A stretch of DNA of 64,000 nt from a virus, in IMG/VR virus record IMGVR_UViG_3300007609_000010, positions 1-64,000 of that record. One strand, given 5' to 3'. This document shows positions 31,901 to 40,203 of this stretch, piece after piece. The stretch's first letter is position 1. Each line of letters starts with the position of its first letter. The notes beneath the pieces are model-generated. The model saw only the letters and a list, made by a program, of their open reading frames with translations, was not told the origin of the DNA and searched no databases. A program made the position numbers and the translations under genes.

Positions 31901-34900
31901 CAAATCCTGGACTTATAGAATTTTTTGAACATGGCCCATTAAACGACGCAACTTATAAAGGAACATGGAATCCGAATCTTTCTTACAATGTAAATGATAC
32001 AGTAAAATATGATGGAGATTATTATGTTGCTAAGATCAATATTCTTATTCAAAATGACGGCACTATTTTAGATAGAAATATCTGGGAAAATGTCAGCTGG
32101 AGAAGATCAGTAGATCCCAACTTCAAGGGCGTGTGGGAAGTCGAAGAAGAATATGCAAGAGACAGCATTGTTATATATAACGGCGAGCAATATGTGTCAC
32201 AAACTAATCTCGGAGCAGGAAATCTTGCCGACGCAGGCATCAGGAATCCAGTTGCAGCTAATACCAGTTGGACAAAACTGGAAAACAGTGTTGAATATGC
32301 TGGATTCATTCCTAGAATAATCGATCCAGTTTTGACTGAGATTTTAGATGATGAAACTGTGTTCAATACTGCTAACATTAGAGAGTTCACTGAAGATTAT
32401 GTGCTAAGTCAAAAAGGAGAAGTGCTAGTAACAAAAGTCAGACAGGCAGCACAAGTTGATACGGTGCAGTTTGTTGTTTATAGACAAGACCTGAACGGCA
32501 GATATGTCAAAAGCCAAACCATAGTGTTTGAAGATAAAACCAAAGGTTATGGAACCAGTTTTGATATATCTGCTGACGGGGCTACATTTGCAGTATCGGA
32601 ACCGCTTAATGCTGAACAGGGTACAGACATCGGAAAAGTCTATGTGTATGCAGTTTCCGGAGAACAATTTGATACTGAAAATGTAAGCGTATTATTCCCT
32701 CCTAGCGGTCAAACTGCAAAATACTTTGGATACAGTCTTGCATTCAATACAGGAAGTTTAAACATTGCTGCCATTGACGAAACTAACTCCATTGGCGAAG
32801 TTCTAGTTTATGAAAGCATTCAAAACACTTTGGTGTACAGCGAAAAACTGACTTATCCTGTGAACGATACTGACAGGGATCAAAAAGTATTTGGCTCGGC
32901 GAACCATGTTTATGTAGGCATGCCAGGAAAGCCTAACAACCAATTTGCTGGATCTTTGATAGAATACAGAAAAGACCTTAATGCAAAAGGGTGGGAGAGA
33001 ACAAGAAGACTGATCAGTCCTGTAGATGTGGATAAAATACGAGGAGTATTCCTTTACAACAAAGAGTCAGAACAGAAAATTACCTATCTTGATTATATCG
33101 ATCCTGTCCAAGGAAAAATTGCAGGACCTGCTGAACAAAACCTCAGTTACAAAGTACCATATGATCCTGCTCAATACAATGTCGGCAATACAGCCAATGA
33201 CGTAAACTGGGCAGACGAACATGTAGGAAAACTTTGGTGGAATACAGGCAATGCAAGATTTACATATCCATATCAGGGCGACATAAACTATCAAAGATCT
33301 AACTGGAACGAACTCCAGCCAGGTGCAACAATAGATGTTTATGAATGGGTAGAATCGTACTTGTTACCTAGTGCATGGGATTCAATAACAAATACTGCTA
33401 AAGGTACTGAACTTGGTGTTACCGGTGTAACACTTTATGGTAATGACAAATACAGTAAGAAATTTGAGTTTGATAGAGAAGCACAAACCTTTAGAGAAAA
33501 ATATTACTACTGGGTAAAGAATAAGAGAACTGTTCCTAACATTGAAGGAAGAACAATCAGCGCACTTGATGTTGCTCGACTGATAGCACAACCCAGAGAG
33601 CAAGGATATAGATTTATAAGTTTCCTTGCAGACAACAGAATTGTTTTAAACAATTGTAAGTCACTTGTATCCGGTGATACCACCGTGTTAAACATTGATT
33701 ACATTACCAGTGATATCAGAGAGCAAAATGGGCATAGTGTGTATCAAATTATCACAGACGGCTTGGCGACAAGCTCTCCTAATGAAACTATTGAACTCAA
33801 ATGGTTTGACAGTTTAATAGGTTTTGATGTAAACGACAAACCTGTTCCCGATATTGCTTTAGCTGAAAAGCAAAAATACGGAGTACAAGCCAATCCAAGA
33901 CAAGGCATGTTTGTAAACCGTATTGAAGCCCTAAAACAGTTTGTGGAAAGAACAAACAGCGTTCTTACAAATCATCTTGTGACTGAAAACTACAATTTAG
34001 CCAATTTATCTTTGCAAGACGAAATTCCAGTTAGCTCACTGGGCGAATACGACGTGACTGTTGCTACCAAAGAAGAACTGTTTTTGGTAGGAACCAAAGT
34101 TCAACGGGCAGAGATTAATCCCATAATTGTAAATGGCAAAATAGTCAGGGTAGAAATCATCAACCCAGGAAGAGGATATAAACTTCCTCCTACTTACGAA
34201 ATTACAGGTACAGGAGGTTCTGCAACACTGGAATTCCAGATAAACAATCTAGGACAGATTACCAGTGCTACTGTTACTAATCCAGGCGAAAATTATTCTG
34301 CAAATACCAGAATACTTGTGAGACCATTCTCGGTGCTGGTCGAATCCGACAAAGACGCTCTTAATAAGTGGGCGATATATGCTTACAATTCCTTCTCCAG
34401 TTCCTGGGATAGAGTAAAAGTGCAATATTTTGATGTGACTAGGTATTGGGAATATCAAGATTGGTTCGACACCGGGTATAGCGAAATAACAGAAATAGAT
34501 CATTATATTGATGCCCAATATCAATTGAGTTCCTTAAATGATAAAGTAGGAGATATAATTAAAATTCAAAATGTAGGTTCCGGCGGCTGGCTAGCTCTCA
34601 GAAAAGTAAATGACAGAACAGACGATAACTTTGCTCTAAATTATTCTGTAGTAGGCAGGGAAAAAGGAACAATACGGTTGTTGCCTAGTCTTTACAACGC
34701 TGAAAGCAGCACCACAGGATTTGACAATCGCAGTTTTGATAACAATTTCTATGATGTAGACCCAAGAATAGAGTTAAGAGTAATTTTAGAAACTTTAAGG
34801 GATGAAATATTTGCAAGCGAATTGAGAAGAGAATATAATCAGCTGTTTATTGCCAGCCTTAGATATATCCTCAACGAGCAAAAAAATCCAGATTGGTTCT

Positions 34901-37218
34901 TTAAAACCAGCTTTATAAAAATTAAACATTTGGCCGGTACACTGGAACAAGATATCACTTATAATGCCGACCTGCTGAAAAGCTATACGCAATATGTTGA
35001 AGAAGCAAAACCTTTCAAAACTGTTATTAGGGAATTTGTAAGCAAATATGCCAAAACAGAAGAAAGTCCAACCACTGTTACAGATTTTGACCTAGCTCCT
35101 TATTATAACACACAACAGGAAAAAATAATACCTGCAAAAGTAAAACTAACAAGTGGTCAACCAGTATATAATGATTCTGTAATAGATCAATATCCTCGTA
35201 GACATTGGCTAGATAATTTTGGTAATGCTGTTACTGAAATCACCGTGCTAGATGGCGGTAGTGAATACAGATTTAAACCTGAAGTTGAAATTGTAGGCGG
35301 ATACGGCGAAGGCGCTCGCGCTGAAGCATTTATAGGATACGGACAGGTTACAAAAGTTATTGTAACACACGGCGGCTCAGGATATACTAGATCTCCGCAA
35401 GTCAGAATTGCACCTCCTAGCAACAGTGCTGGAAAAACTGCTACTGCTGTGGCTACCCTAGGCGACAGTGTGGTAAGAAGTGTATCCAGTTTGATAAAGT
35501 TTGATAGAAATACAATTACAAATTTGTATGAAACTGATACCTTGCAATCCACAGAAACATTTACTGGCACAGGAGCCGACGTTGAGTTTAAACTGAAATG
35601 GCCGATGGATCTAGATCGAAAGACGGTGCTAATAACCATAGACGGTGAAGAAATATTCGGCAGCCGATACAGCTACGAAAACATAAAGGATACGTCTAAG
35701 AGCTATACACGACAAATTGGAAAAGTTACACTGGTAAATCCGCCAAAAACCGGCGCCAACATTGTTATACAATACAGCAAGAATATTTCACTGTTAAACG
35801 CTGTAGACAGAATAAAATTTGCTTACGCCCCGCAAGAAGGTATGTTTGGCAAAGACATCAGTCAGCTTATGGAAGGCGTAGACTTTGGCGGAGTAGAAGT
35901 AAAGAGCTTTGATTTTGTAACCAGCACAGGCTGGGACACAGAAGGATGGTTTAATGATATTTGGGACAATGCTGAACAGCCTCAAGATGAAATTGTAACT
36001 TTAGATGGATCCACTAGTATAATCATATTAGGCGAGCCGTTAGAAGATAATGTTGATTATAACATATACAGAGTAAGCTACACTTTAAATGCAGAAGGCA
36101 TTGAAGAAATCTATTCTAACGTAAGACTTGATGATCCTGCATATGGGACAGCTCAACAAAAAAATCTTAATGCAGTTTGTCGCACCTTGCGCGGCGACGG
36201 AAGCACACAGGTTGTGGATTTAGATGATCTGGGCATTAGAGTAGATCCGCAACCAGAAGAAGACAGAGTTACTATTGTGGTAAGAAAATCTACCAGTGAT
36301 GGTGCTGTAACTCCAGATAGAAACATTTACGATGCGGACATTGACGGCGGTAGATTAGATTACGGTAACGCCAAGGGTGTAAATGCAGAAGAAATAGTGA
36401 TCGATGGCGACGGCTTTGTTACAGAATTCAATGCAGGCGGAGTAGAAGAACTTGTTCCAGGACAGGTAATGGATACCCTAGATATGCAGGTAACTACCAA
36501 AGGAGAAGATTCGACCACGGTGGTTAGATACAGATTGTTCAAAGATATTCTGAACAGAACTGCGTATAAGAGAATAGACAGTCCTACAACAACTTTGGTA
36601 GAAGATTTAGGACAGGATGATCTCAGCATTGTTGTTGATGACGCAACTGATTTACCTGAACCTAACAGGAACAAAGCACTGCCTGGAGTAATATGGATTG
36701 GCAAAGAAAGAATAGAATATTTTGTCAAGGAAGACAACTTGCTGCGCCAGATTCGCAGAGGTACACTGGGCACAGGAGTTGCAAACATTCATCCTGTTGG
36801 CACCGAAGTATATGATCAAAGTGCAATAAAAAATATTCCGTATGCAGACAGTGAGCAATCACAGGTTGCAGTAAATGTAAACGAAATACCGTTAAACTTT
36901 GAAGCTTCTAACAATAACGAATTTGAAGTTTTTGTTAATGGTACTAGATTAAATGGGGTTGCTATATCTAAATTTGATTCAGCATTAGACCAAGATTCTC
37001 CTGAAGGAGACGTCATAATACCAGCCGACTACACACTGGAATATGTAAGTGGTACAACAGGACAGGTCAAGGTTGTGTTTACTAATCCTGAAATTATTGC
37101 TTTGACAAATAAAAACATTGTAATTGTAAGAAAACAAGGAACTTTGTGGAAAAATATCGGAGAATCACTTGCAGATACACAAACAAATATAGGATTTTTC
37201 TTAAGATCTGGAAACTAA
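22909..37218 (+). CDS. Giant (4769 aa) virion structural protein, baseplate wedge/gp7-like
   Basis: Uninterrupted ORF after gp6. Contains WDKFVNFREYYW, CBM5/12-like W...Y..G..V.Y repeats, FG-GAP-like propeller motifs (FGESVAVTEDGEYVAIG) and G.GY repeats. Confidence 0.75.
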   Translation: MSSNSQNEFGAPTQGESNRTSARFLPRFFRSEANLKFLQATVDQLTQPGVAEKLGGFFGRKIAKGYRPGDVYVGDVNSQRENYQLEPALVIKNELGNVTYYKDYNDYINSLSFFNVNTANHDKLNRQESYPWNPNIDWDKFVNFREYYWLPDGPLSVPVRGQAREIQSTFTVSVEEADGDFSYVFNNKFTRNPSLKLYRGQTYRFEINCPGHPFAVAVTRSFTPGNAVVVAGNEGIRQDGLFGADLYGNNYDIGDWLVLPDSGSVTFDDDENVSTLYPDGIRKLGEGGEEIANVYIEQGVLEFTVPVNSPDRLFYISKNDIDVSGLFKIYDIEENSFIDVEEEVIGKKYYTSSNGVEFTNGLKVFFRGVTEPVTYQEGEYYVEGVGHAIKLIPADDLVITQTYSNDVLQPFDEQAFDEMPFGAANSYPVKKDYLTISRASNDLNAWSRSNRWFHRDVIEQSYVYNEIPIDVEETGKAKRPIIEFEPGLKLYNYGTFTKQSVDVIDTFTTDVFSTVEGTTGYNVDGVELIAGMRVLFAADTDIIVNGAIYEVKFVKVGNEERITFVETADSFPLENENVLVKQGNQFAGKLFFYNGERWIQAQDKLDVNQAPLFDLCCPAGNYYSDLEVFDSSTFTGCKVFSYKEGTGTNDTELGFPLTYRNINNTGDILFEFNLLTDSFTVQNEDEIVTVTTDTSFLRSYSTRTDFEYRNGWSTTPVVSRQKVLRHYDATESQTNNFEIDVYNNAGDLNDLKIAVFVNEVFKQQGLHYEIDRLNGRAYVRFLDNLAPNDVVLIKSTSSTAKNANGHYEVPYNLERNPLNQNISDFTLGEVIDHVDSMIEDIPEFSGSYPGRSNLRDVGKLDGYGKRFLKHAGPLNLPMYSITTKEYNIVRAIEYGKNEYTKFKRNFLITAADLGVDAEIPVHVDAVLEELNKDKVNTQPFYFSDMLGYKSSNTIYYNVVDNENPYYGLPDEFSLNNLNNKSILIYLNGNQLIFNKDYQFTDEQFAYIQAGQQIGDEIEIVEYESTDGSYIPPTPTKLGLYPRFEPELVIDEQWLDNQQDVNVTRPYAVYGENLNNHLDRGWFYPLYLDRKTAKTDDPDESVIQIMFKGSSRIFYAPASKINLGTSVPPEQYTEFPIGATFVKGHDGSLFKCYKDYRDLLLLELETRIYNNIKVDYDKTQINIHSYVGGRFRDTGLSNADIDRILIKDFADWNRVANIDYTANTVFQNQDQFSYNYSTAGSIVDNNSLPGYWRAVYKDAFDTDRPHTHPWEMLGFSIKPVWWDEVYGVPPYTSNNTILWNDLQEGIVREPGKGVVIKSDYARPGLVNFLPVDNQGQLKAPINANYAKNIVLRNTDDSFEFGDQAPVESAWRRSSEYPFSLIKAIMLNRPADFIGKAFDVARISRNLAGQYIYSETGKHLELDKLVFPNTYQDNRRIPASGLVNYIYNLVGSNVLTVYEDYKNNIKNIRNQLGIKLAGYTDKQKLNLLLQSKSPSEENAQGIFIPEENYDVFLNVSSPVDNVNYSGVLIEVRPDGYIIQGYNADTPMFRYYTPVGKQGDITVVAGGESANVVQWQPNKLYVNGQIVENNFSYFRVTQDFTSGPAFSDDNLAKLPELPITGGQRAQIKTGFNKSRVLELNYGAKLKTVQEVVDFLLGYGEYLKDQGFRFEYFDQNYQRVEDWKSAAKEFLFWSSQGWAAGTVIGLSPSAYEIQFRRDFAVVDDIFDNFYRYSLLAENGNPLERRFSNVLREKNSFNLSVSQTDNGIYNLTLPTVQKEHVILLDNETIFNDILYQPYSGYRQERIKVLGYRSDNWDGSLNIPGFVFDDATVTEWEPWQDYSIGSLVKYKEFYYVSLYQVYGSAEFNPNFWSRLSEKPESQLMTNFDFRVNQFADFYDVESIGFDEDQQRLAQHLIGYQKRDYLANIINDEVSQFKFYQGFIQDKGTRNSIDKLFNSLEGQTESLDFYEEWAVQSGFYGDFDKIKQVAIPLQEDKMLETPQGIELVDYIPQGVFDTTYRVRPFQLENKPADFTVNCFPTTKLQEYVLTGGYVHEDDVDYKIQTISELETVDNNLISIGEYLWVTDEEPNNWNVYRVLESLITINSFAINEDLNELGQTIATVEFSGAEVDIIAGDVIAINDAQLYNILGFFIVDEIDSSTCTLVIPEENNFKDFVDESFACVVLKSARVSNFTEFNTVAETFDLDSQKIWIDSYEGPDLWAVLQNEPVYENTYELLNPADVAESTEIFDETQLYAKDFATSLDNKLLFTSAPGLDNGVVYLYRRDQDVDEPILSQTINNPNLNFDGTESKFGESVAVTEDGEYVAIGIPDASSIKTKYQGIYRVSQDYNKGDIVKHKGSLWQAVRQVFGQQSNRQYSTFDSYIDIDARTFEDSSVIKLLLTGSPGLQNRQVNHFLVRAPADMYLGSKIGDQLKLEWNEFTYLNGDINTPYYPWNNSIPELGYNSSTDNIFIEDFHEIKGKIDKVLILPEYKRAVQVGDQVQTETGFADVAYVDISAGTMVLYINNLRGSFSSADTLQFFDFNTAITEEVGEYTEVDYGFTDDFNGFWIVQLDSSDSGFAFNENNSNYDNGTTFYEVGTGLVIADVIQSEEFDSAGRERNLYFNVIDSIKSIGAVPSNNLKSSMIHNLGDKYMVRMSPEMTAELEYRFAKRKQNLNATFGDTPAVKDSLNGSFINLVLGEYDEIYEDSDDYLPISSRPQIRFNLFDYVGSPFYNEADDAGLFFQAVNGRKTVTDLWDGYIDVTLKEVDPETGNLYRFKANDTISDVQRPFDIFQRPSAVPFNTIPENIAVVTSVKDNIDGRFDRQRLYIKIKSGAWELENNIAQIELERRREFDADRIIGEIENYANDVIVPSRFIGKFMVIDSADLGTGSNYVLENAEYFITTESLNELGADSVPSVPSSLNRDYEQVYNITTNNGGTPGKANEGCVAIFQRSGPDNYNLSRIIVSEQNFGVLNNRFGKNVKFVKNGLQYRLSVASDGDFNTTNPGLIEFFEHGPLNDATYKGTWNPNLSYNVNDTVKYDGDYYVAKINILIQNDGTILDRNIWENVSWRRSVDPNFKGVWEVEEEYARDSIVIYNGEQYVSQTNLGAGNLADAGIRNPVAANTSWTKLENSVEYAGFIPRIIDPVLTEILDDETVFNTANIREFTEDYVLSQKGEVLVTKVRQAAQVDTVQFVVYRQDLNGRYVKSQTIVFEDKTKGYGTSFDISADGATFAVSEPLNAEQGTDIGKVYVYAVSGEQFDTENVSVLFPPSGQTAKYFGYSLAFNTGSLNIAAIDETNSIGEVLVYESIQNTLVYSEKLTYPVNDTDRDQKVFGSANHVYVGMPGKPNNQFAGSLIEYRKDLNAKGWERTRRLISPVDVDKIRGVFLYNKESEQKITYLDYIDPVQGKIAGPAEQNLSYKVPYDPAQYNVGNTANDVNWADEHVGKLWWNTGNARFTYPYQGDINYQRSNWNELQPGATIDVYEWVESYLLPSAWDSITNTAKGTELGVTGVTLYGNDKYSKKFEFDREAQTFREKYYYWVKNKRTVPNIEGRTISALDVARLIAQPREQGYRFISFLADNRIVLNNCKSLVSGDTTVLNIDYITSDIREQNGHSVYQIITDGLATSSPNETIELKWFDSLIGFDVNDKPVPDIALAEKQKYGVQANPRQGMFVNRIEALKQFVERTNSVLTNHLVTENYNLANLSLQDEIPVSSLGEYDVTVATKEELFLVGTKVQRAEINPIIVNGKIVRVEIINPGRGYKLPPTYEITGTGGSATLEFQINNLGQITSATVTNPGENYSANTRILVRPFSVLVESDKDALNKWAIYAYNSFSSSWDRVKVQYFDVTRYWEYQDWFDTGYSEITEIDHYIDAQYQLSSLNDKVGDIIKIQNVGSGGWLALRKVNDRTDDNFALNYSVVGREKGTIRLLPSLYNAESSTTGFDNRSFDNNFYDVDPRIELRVILETLRDEIFASELRREYNQLFIASLRYILNEQKNPDWFFKTSFIKIKHLAGTLEQDITYNADLLKSYTQYVEEAKPFKTVIREFVSKYAKTEESPTTVTDFDLAPYYNTQQEKIIPAKVKLTSGQPVYNDSVIDQYPRRHWLDNFGNAVTEITVLDGGSEYRFKPEVEIVGGYGEGARAEAFIGYGQVTKVIVTHGGSGYTRSPQVRIAPPSNSAGKTATAVATLGDSVVRSVSSLIKFDRNTITNLYETDTLQSTETFTGTGADVEFKLKWPMDLDRKTVLITIDGEEIFGSRYSYENIKDTSKSYTRQIGKVTLVNPPKTGANIVIQYSKNISLLNAVDRIKFAYAPQEGMFGKDISQLMEGVDFGGVEVKSFDFVTSTGWDTEGWFNDIWDNAEQPQDEIVTLDGSTSIIILGEPLEDNVDYNIYRVSYTLNAEGIEEIYSNVRLDDPAYGTAQQKNLNAVCRTLRGDGSTQVVDLDDLGIRVDPQPEEDRVTIVVRKSTSDGAVTPDRNIYDADIDGGRLDYGNAKGVNAEEIVIDGDGFVTEFNAGGVEELVPGQVMDTLDMQVTTKGEDSTTVVRYRLFKDILNRTAYKRIDSPTTTLVEDLGQDDLSIVVDDATDLPEPNRNKALPGVIWIGKERIEYFVKEDNLLRQIRRGTLGTGVANIHPVGTEVYDQSAIKNIPYADSEQSQVAVNVNEIPLNFEASNNNEFEVFVNGTRLNGVAISKFDSALDQDSPEGDVIIPADYTLEYVSGTTGQVKVVFTNPEIIALTNKNIVIVRKQGTLWKNIGESLADTQTNIGFFLRSGN

Positions 37219-37224
37219 TAAATA
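37219..37224 (+). promoter_or_regulatory. Late promoter core TAAATA
   Basis: Immediately after the stop of the giant gene and before the AGGA RBS of the gene at 37244. Confidence 0.55.
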
Positions 37225-37243
37225 CACGTATAGGAAATTTAAA

Positions 37244-37858
37244 ATGAACAGTCTACAAGATTTAAACGGAATTTCAGTACAGGGTCATATTAAAATATAT
37301 GATCCACAAAGTCAAGAAATTTTTGTCCAAAAAAGAAATGCTATCCACTATGAAAACATGAGTGTAGCCTTAGCGGAAAGCGTGTCAAATCAAGGACAGG
37401 GCTTTATCTATGAAATGAGTTTTGGTAACGGCGGCACAAGTGTTGACCCTACAGGAATTATTGCATACCTTACTCCAAACTCAACTGGCACCAATGCTGA
37501 TCTGTATAACCAAACTTATTCCAAAGTGGTAATTGACGACGGAACGCTGAATACAAATCCTGCACAAAATTTCCTAGAGACACGACACGTCAGCGGCACT
37601 AACTATACTGATGTTGTTGTAAGCTGTTTATTAGATTACGGAGAACCCGAAGGCCAAGAAGCATTTGATAATGCAACAGATATGCAAAGTGACTTTGTGT
37701 TTGACGAACTAGGACTTAGAAGTCGAGCTGCTGATCCTAACAGCCAGGGCAGGCTTATTACACATGTAATTTTCCATCCTGTGCAAAAAAGTCTTAACAG
37801 GCTTATACAGATTGATTACACTGTGAGAATTCAAAGTCTAAGCGGAGGTAATCTATAA
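37244..37858 (+). CDS. Conserved virion structural (baseplate) protein
   Basis: VQKRNAIHYENMS, FDELGL and THVIFHPVQKSLNR motifs; late-operon context. Confidence 0.6.
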   Translation: MNSLQDLNGISVQGHIKIYDPQSQEIFVQKRNAIHYENMSVALAESVSNQGQGFIYEMSFGNGGTSVDPTGIIAYLTPNSTGTNADLYNQTYSKVVIDDGTLNTNPAQNFLETRHVSGTNYTDVVVSCLLDYGEPEGQEAFDNATDMQSDFVFDELGLRSRAADPNSQGRLITHVIFHPVQKSLNRLIQIDYTVRIQSLSGGNL

Positions 37859-40200
37859 TGCCATACGAAATTAGATATACGGACTACCAAAACAAGGGAG
37901 AAATCTTCGTAGAAGACAGTACCATAAACACTGATACTTCGTTGTCTATTCCTGGCAAAGGTGCTACAGGGTATGGAAAGGCGATTGCCGAAAACTTTTT
38001 GCATGTGCTGGAAAATTTTGCAGGTCCAAGCGAGCCGCTAAATCCCATAGAAGGACAACTTTGGTATGACACTTCTAATGGAGCAGATCAGCTTAAAATT
38101 TATGATGCAACACAATGGAAGCCAGCCGCAGGATTTACAAAATCAGCAAGTCAACCAGCTCCTAGCCAATCAGATACTGGCGATTTATGGGTAGACACAA
38201 ATAATCAACAACTTTTTGTTTATACAGGCAACAGTTGGACACTGATTGGTCCAGAATTTGGATCTGGGTTGCTTACTGGCGGAATAGCTGAAACTGTAAT
38301 AGACGTTAATAATGTTGAACGACAAATTTTTACTCTGAAAATTACAGATATTCCTTATTTAATTTTAAGTTCAGAAGAATTTACTCCAAAAGCAAAAATA
38401 TCAGGATTTACTACTATTAAAAAGGGGGTAAATCTGCGCAATGAATCTCCCAGCGTAGCTAATAATCCTATCAAGTATGCAGGAATATCTGATTCCGCAA
38501 AGGCATTAACTGTGGAAACTGCTGGCGGATCCGAAACTGTGCAGTCAGAAAACTTTTTGAGAAGAGATGCTGCCGGTATTATTAACAGTACTTTCAAAGT
38601 TAAAACCAATGAAGGAATGAATGTTGGATTAGACGACCAGTTTGGCATAAGTCTTAGCGGAAATTCCGTAGAGCTTAGAAATCGCAATCAGGATGCATCT
38701 TCTATTGACATGATTATTAACAATGATAATGTTCTTAGAGTGAGAGACGGTCAACGAGTTGGCATAAACAATTTAAATCCAACAGTTGCTTTAGATGTTT
38801 TAGGAAGTGTAAAAATAGGCCCATTGTCAGACAATGCTGATTCGGGTAAATTAACTATTGAAAGCGTAGACGACAGCGAAGGACTAGAACAAGGAAGTTT
38901 TGTTACCAAAGGCGGCGCAAGCATCAGTCTAAATCTAAATGTTGGAGCCAACATGTCAGTGGGAGGTACGTCCACATACCAAGGAAACTTAATTCCGGCA
39001 GACGACAGTCAGTATAATATTGGTGCTGAATTGCAAAAATTCAACAACATTTATGCAGTAAACTTTGTTGGTAGCATGCAAGGAGATGTCACAGGACGTC
39101 TTAATGGAATTGCAGAGCGTGCAAATCAATTAACAAATGCAACTACATTCGGTGTGACTGGAGATATAGAAGCAGACAGTTTTGATTTCGACGGCTTGAC
39201 CGGCGGCAATACTAAAACATTTAACATGTCTATCAAAAACAGTTTTATTGCAAACAAAGATCAAGTCAGTAATGTTGACAACACTGATGAGATTTTGGTT
39301 AATAAGATCACAGGCAATACTGGTGTATTCAAAGTTAGTAAATTTGATTTTCTAAAATCAGTGCCCGTTACTCCAGTTGGTACTGTGGTTCCTTATGCTG
39401 GACAAACTCCGCCAACAGGCTGGTTATTATGCGACGGCTCCGTTGTTCTAAAGAGTGACTATAATGATTTATGGCAAGTGATAGGACACAGTTTTAGAGA
39501 TCCTGTGCTGTTAGCAGACGGCGGATCATTGAGCTTTGCCTTACCTGACATGAGAGGTAGAATGCCTCTAGGTTTAGATGATATGGGAGGCCAAGTTGCT
39601 AACAGAGTTACTACATCAGTACAAAGCTTTACAAATGTGAAACCACAAAACACATTAGGAACAGGTGTAAATGCAGTATTTAATGTGCAAACAAATTCAG
39701 GAAATTACAGTTTACAAGTTTCAGAAGCAGGTCAAAATTATCGCGTAGGTGATAGACTTATTGTTACAGGTGACATATTCGGCGGCGCAAGTCCTACACA
39801 TGATTTAGAAATCACAGTTACCAGTGTAACCAACGGCGGCATTACAGCATTTAACTTTACAGGAACAGCTTTCCGAGGATTTGTGCCAGACGAAGTAGGC
39901 GCAAGCGGCGGCTCGCAAAGTCGCAGTATCGGGGTTGAGAATTTACCAGAACACGAGCATGACCTACAAGGTGACCAGAGCCAGTTTTATGCTGTGAGTC
40001 AGCGTCCACAAGATCCTGCAAATCCAGGACAACTAGAAACAGATCCTGACGCGATTCCTCTTGCAATTGAACAAGGTGCTACGTCGTATCAAGGAGTACC
40101 TAATACAGGCGGAGTAGGCGGCAGTAGTACGCTAGGGGTTCCAGTCAATGTAATGAACCCATACTTAGCATTGAATTACATAGTTTACGCAGGGGCTTAA
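37858..40200 (+). CDS. Tail fibre / baseplate protein with phage tail-collar domain
   Basis: PVGTVVPYAGQTPPTGWLLCDG...FALPDMRGR and NVMNPYLALNYIV (tail collar). Shares the N-terminal ENF..LENFA...GQLWYD module with the next two genes. Confidence 0.8.
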   Translation: MPYEIRYTDYQNKGEIFVEDSTINTDTSLSIPGKGATGYGKAIAENFLHVLENFAGPSEPLNPIEGQLWYDTSNGADQLKIYDATQWKPAAGFTKSASQPAPSQSDTGDLWVDTNNQQLFVYTGNSWTLIGPEFGSGLLTGGIAETVIDVNNVERQIFTLKITDIPYLILSSEEFTPKAKISGFTTIKKGVNLRNESPSVANNPIKYAGISDSAKALTVETAGGSETVQSENFLRRDAAGIINSTFKVKTNEGMNVGLDDQFGISLSGNSVELRNRNQDASSIDMIINNDNVLRVRDGQRVGINNLNPTVALDVLGSVKIGPLSDNADSGKLTIESVDDSEGLEQGSFVTKGGASISLNLNVGANMSVGGTSTYQGNLIPADDSQYNIGAELQKFNNIYAVNFVGSMQGDVTGRLNGIAERANQLTNATTFGVTGDIEADSFDFDGLTGGNTKTFNMSIKNSFIANKDQVSNVDNTDEILVNKITGNTGVFKVSKFDFLKSVPVTPVGTVVPYAGQTPPTGWLLCDGSVVLKSDYNDLWQVIGHSFRDPVLLADGGSLSFALPDMRGRMPLGLDDMGGQVANRVTTSVQSFTNVKPQNTLGTGVNAVFNVQTNSGNYSLQVSEAGQNYRVGDRLIVTGDIFGGASPTHDLEITVTSVTNGGITAFNFTGTAFRGFVPDEVGASGGSQSRSIGVENLPEHEHDLQGDQSQFYAVSQRPQDPANPGQLETDPDAIPLAIEQGATSYQGVPNTGGVGGSSTLGVPVNVMNPYLALNYIVYAGA

Positions 40201-40203
40201 TAA

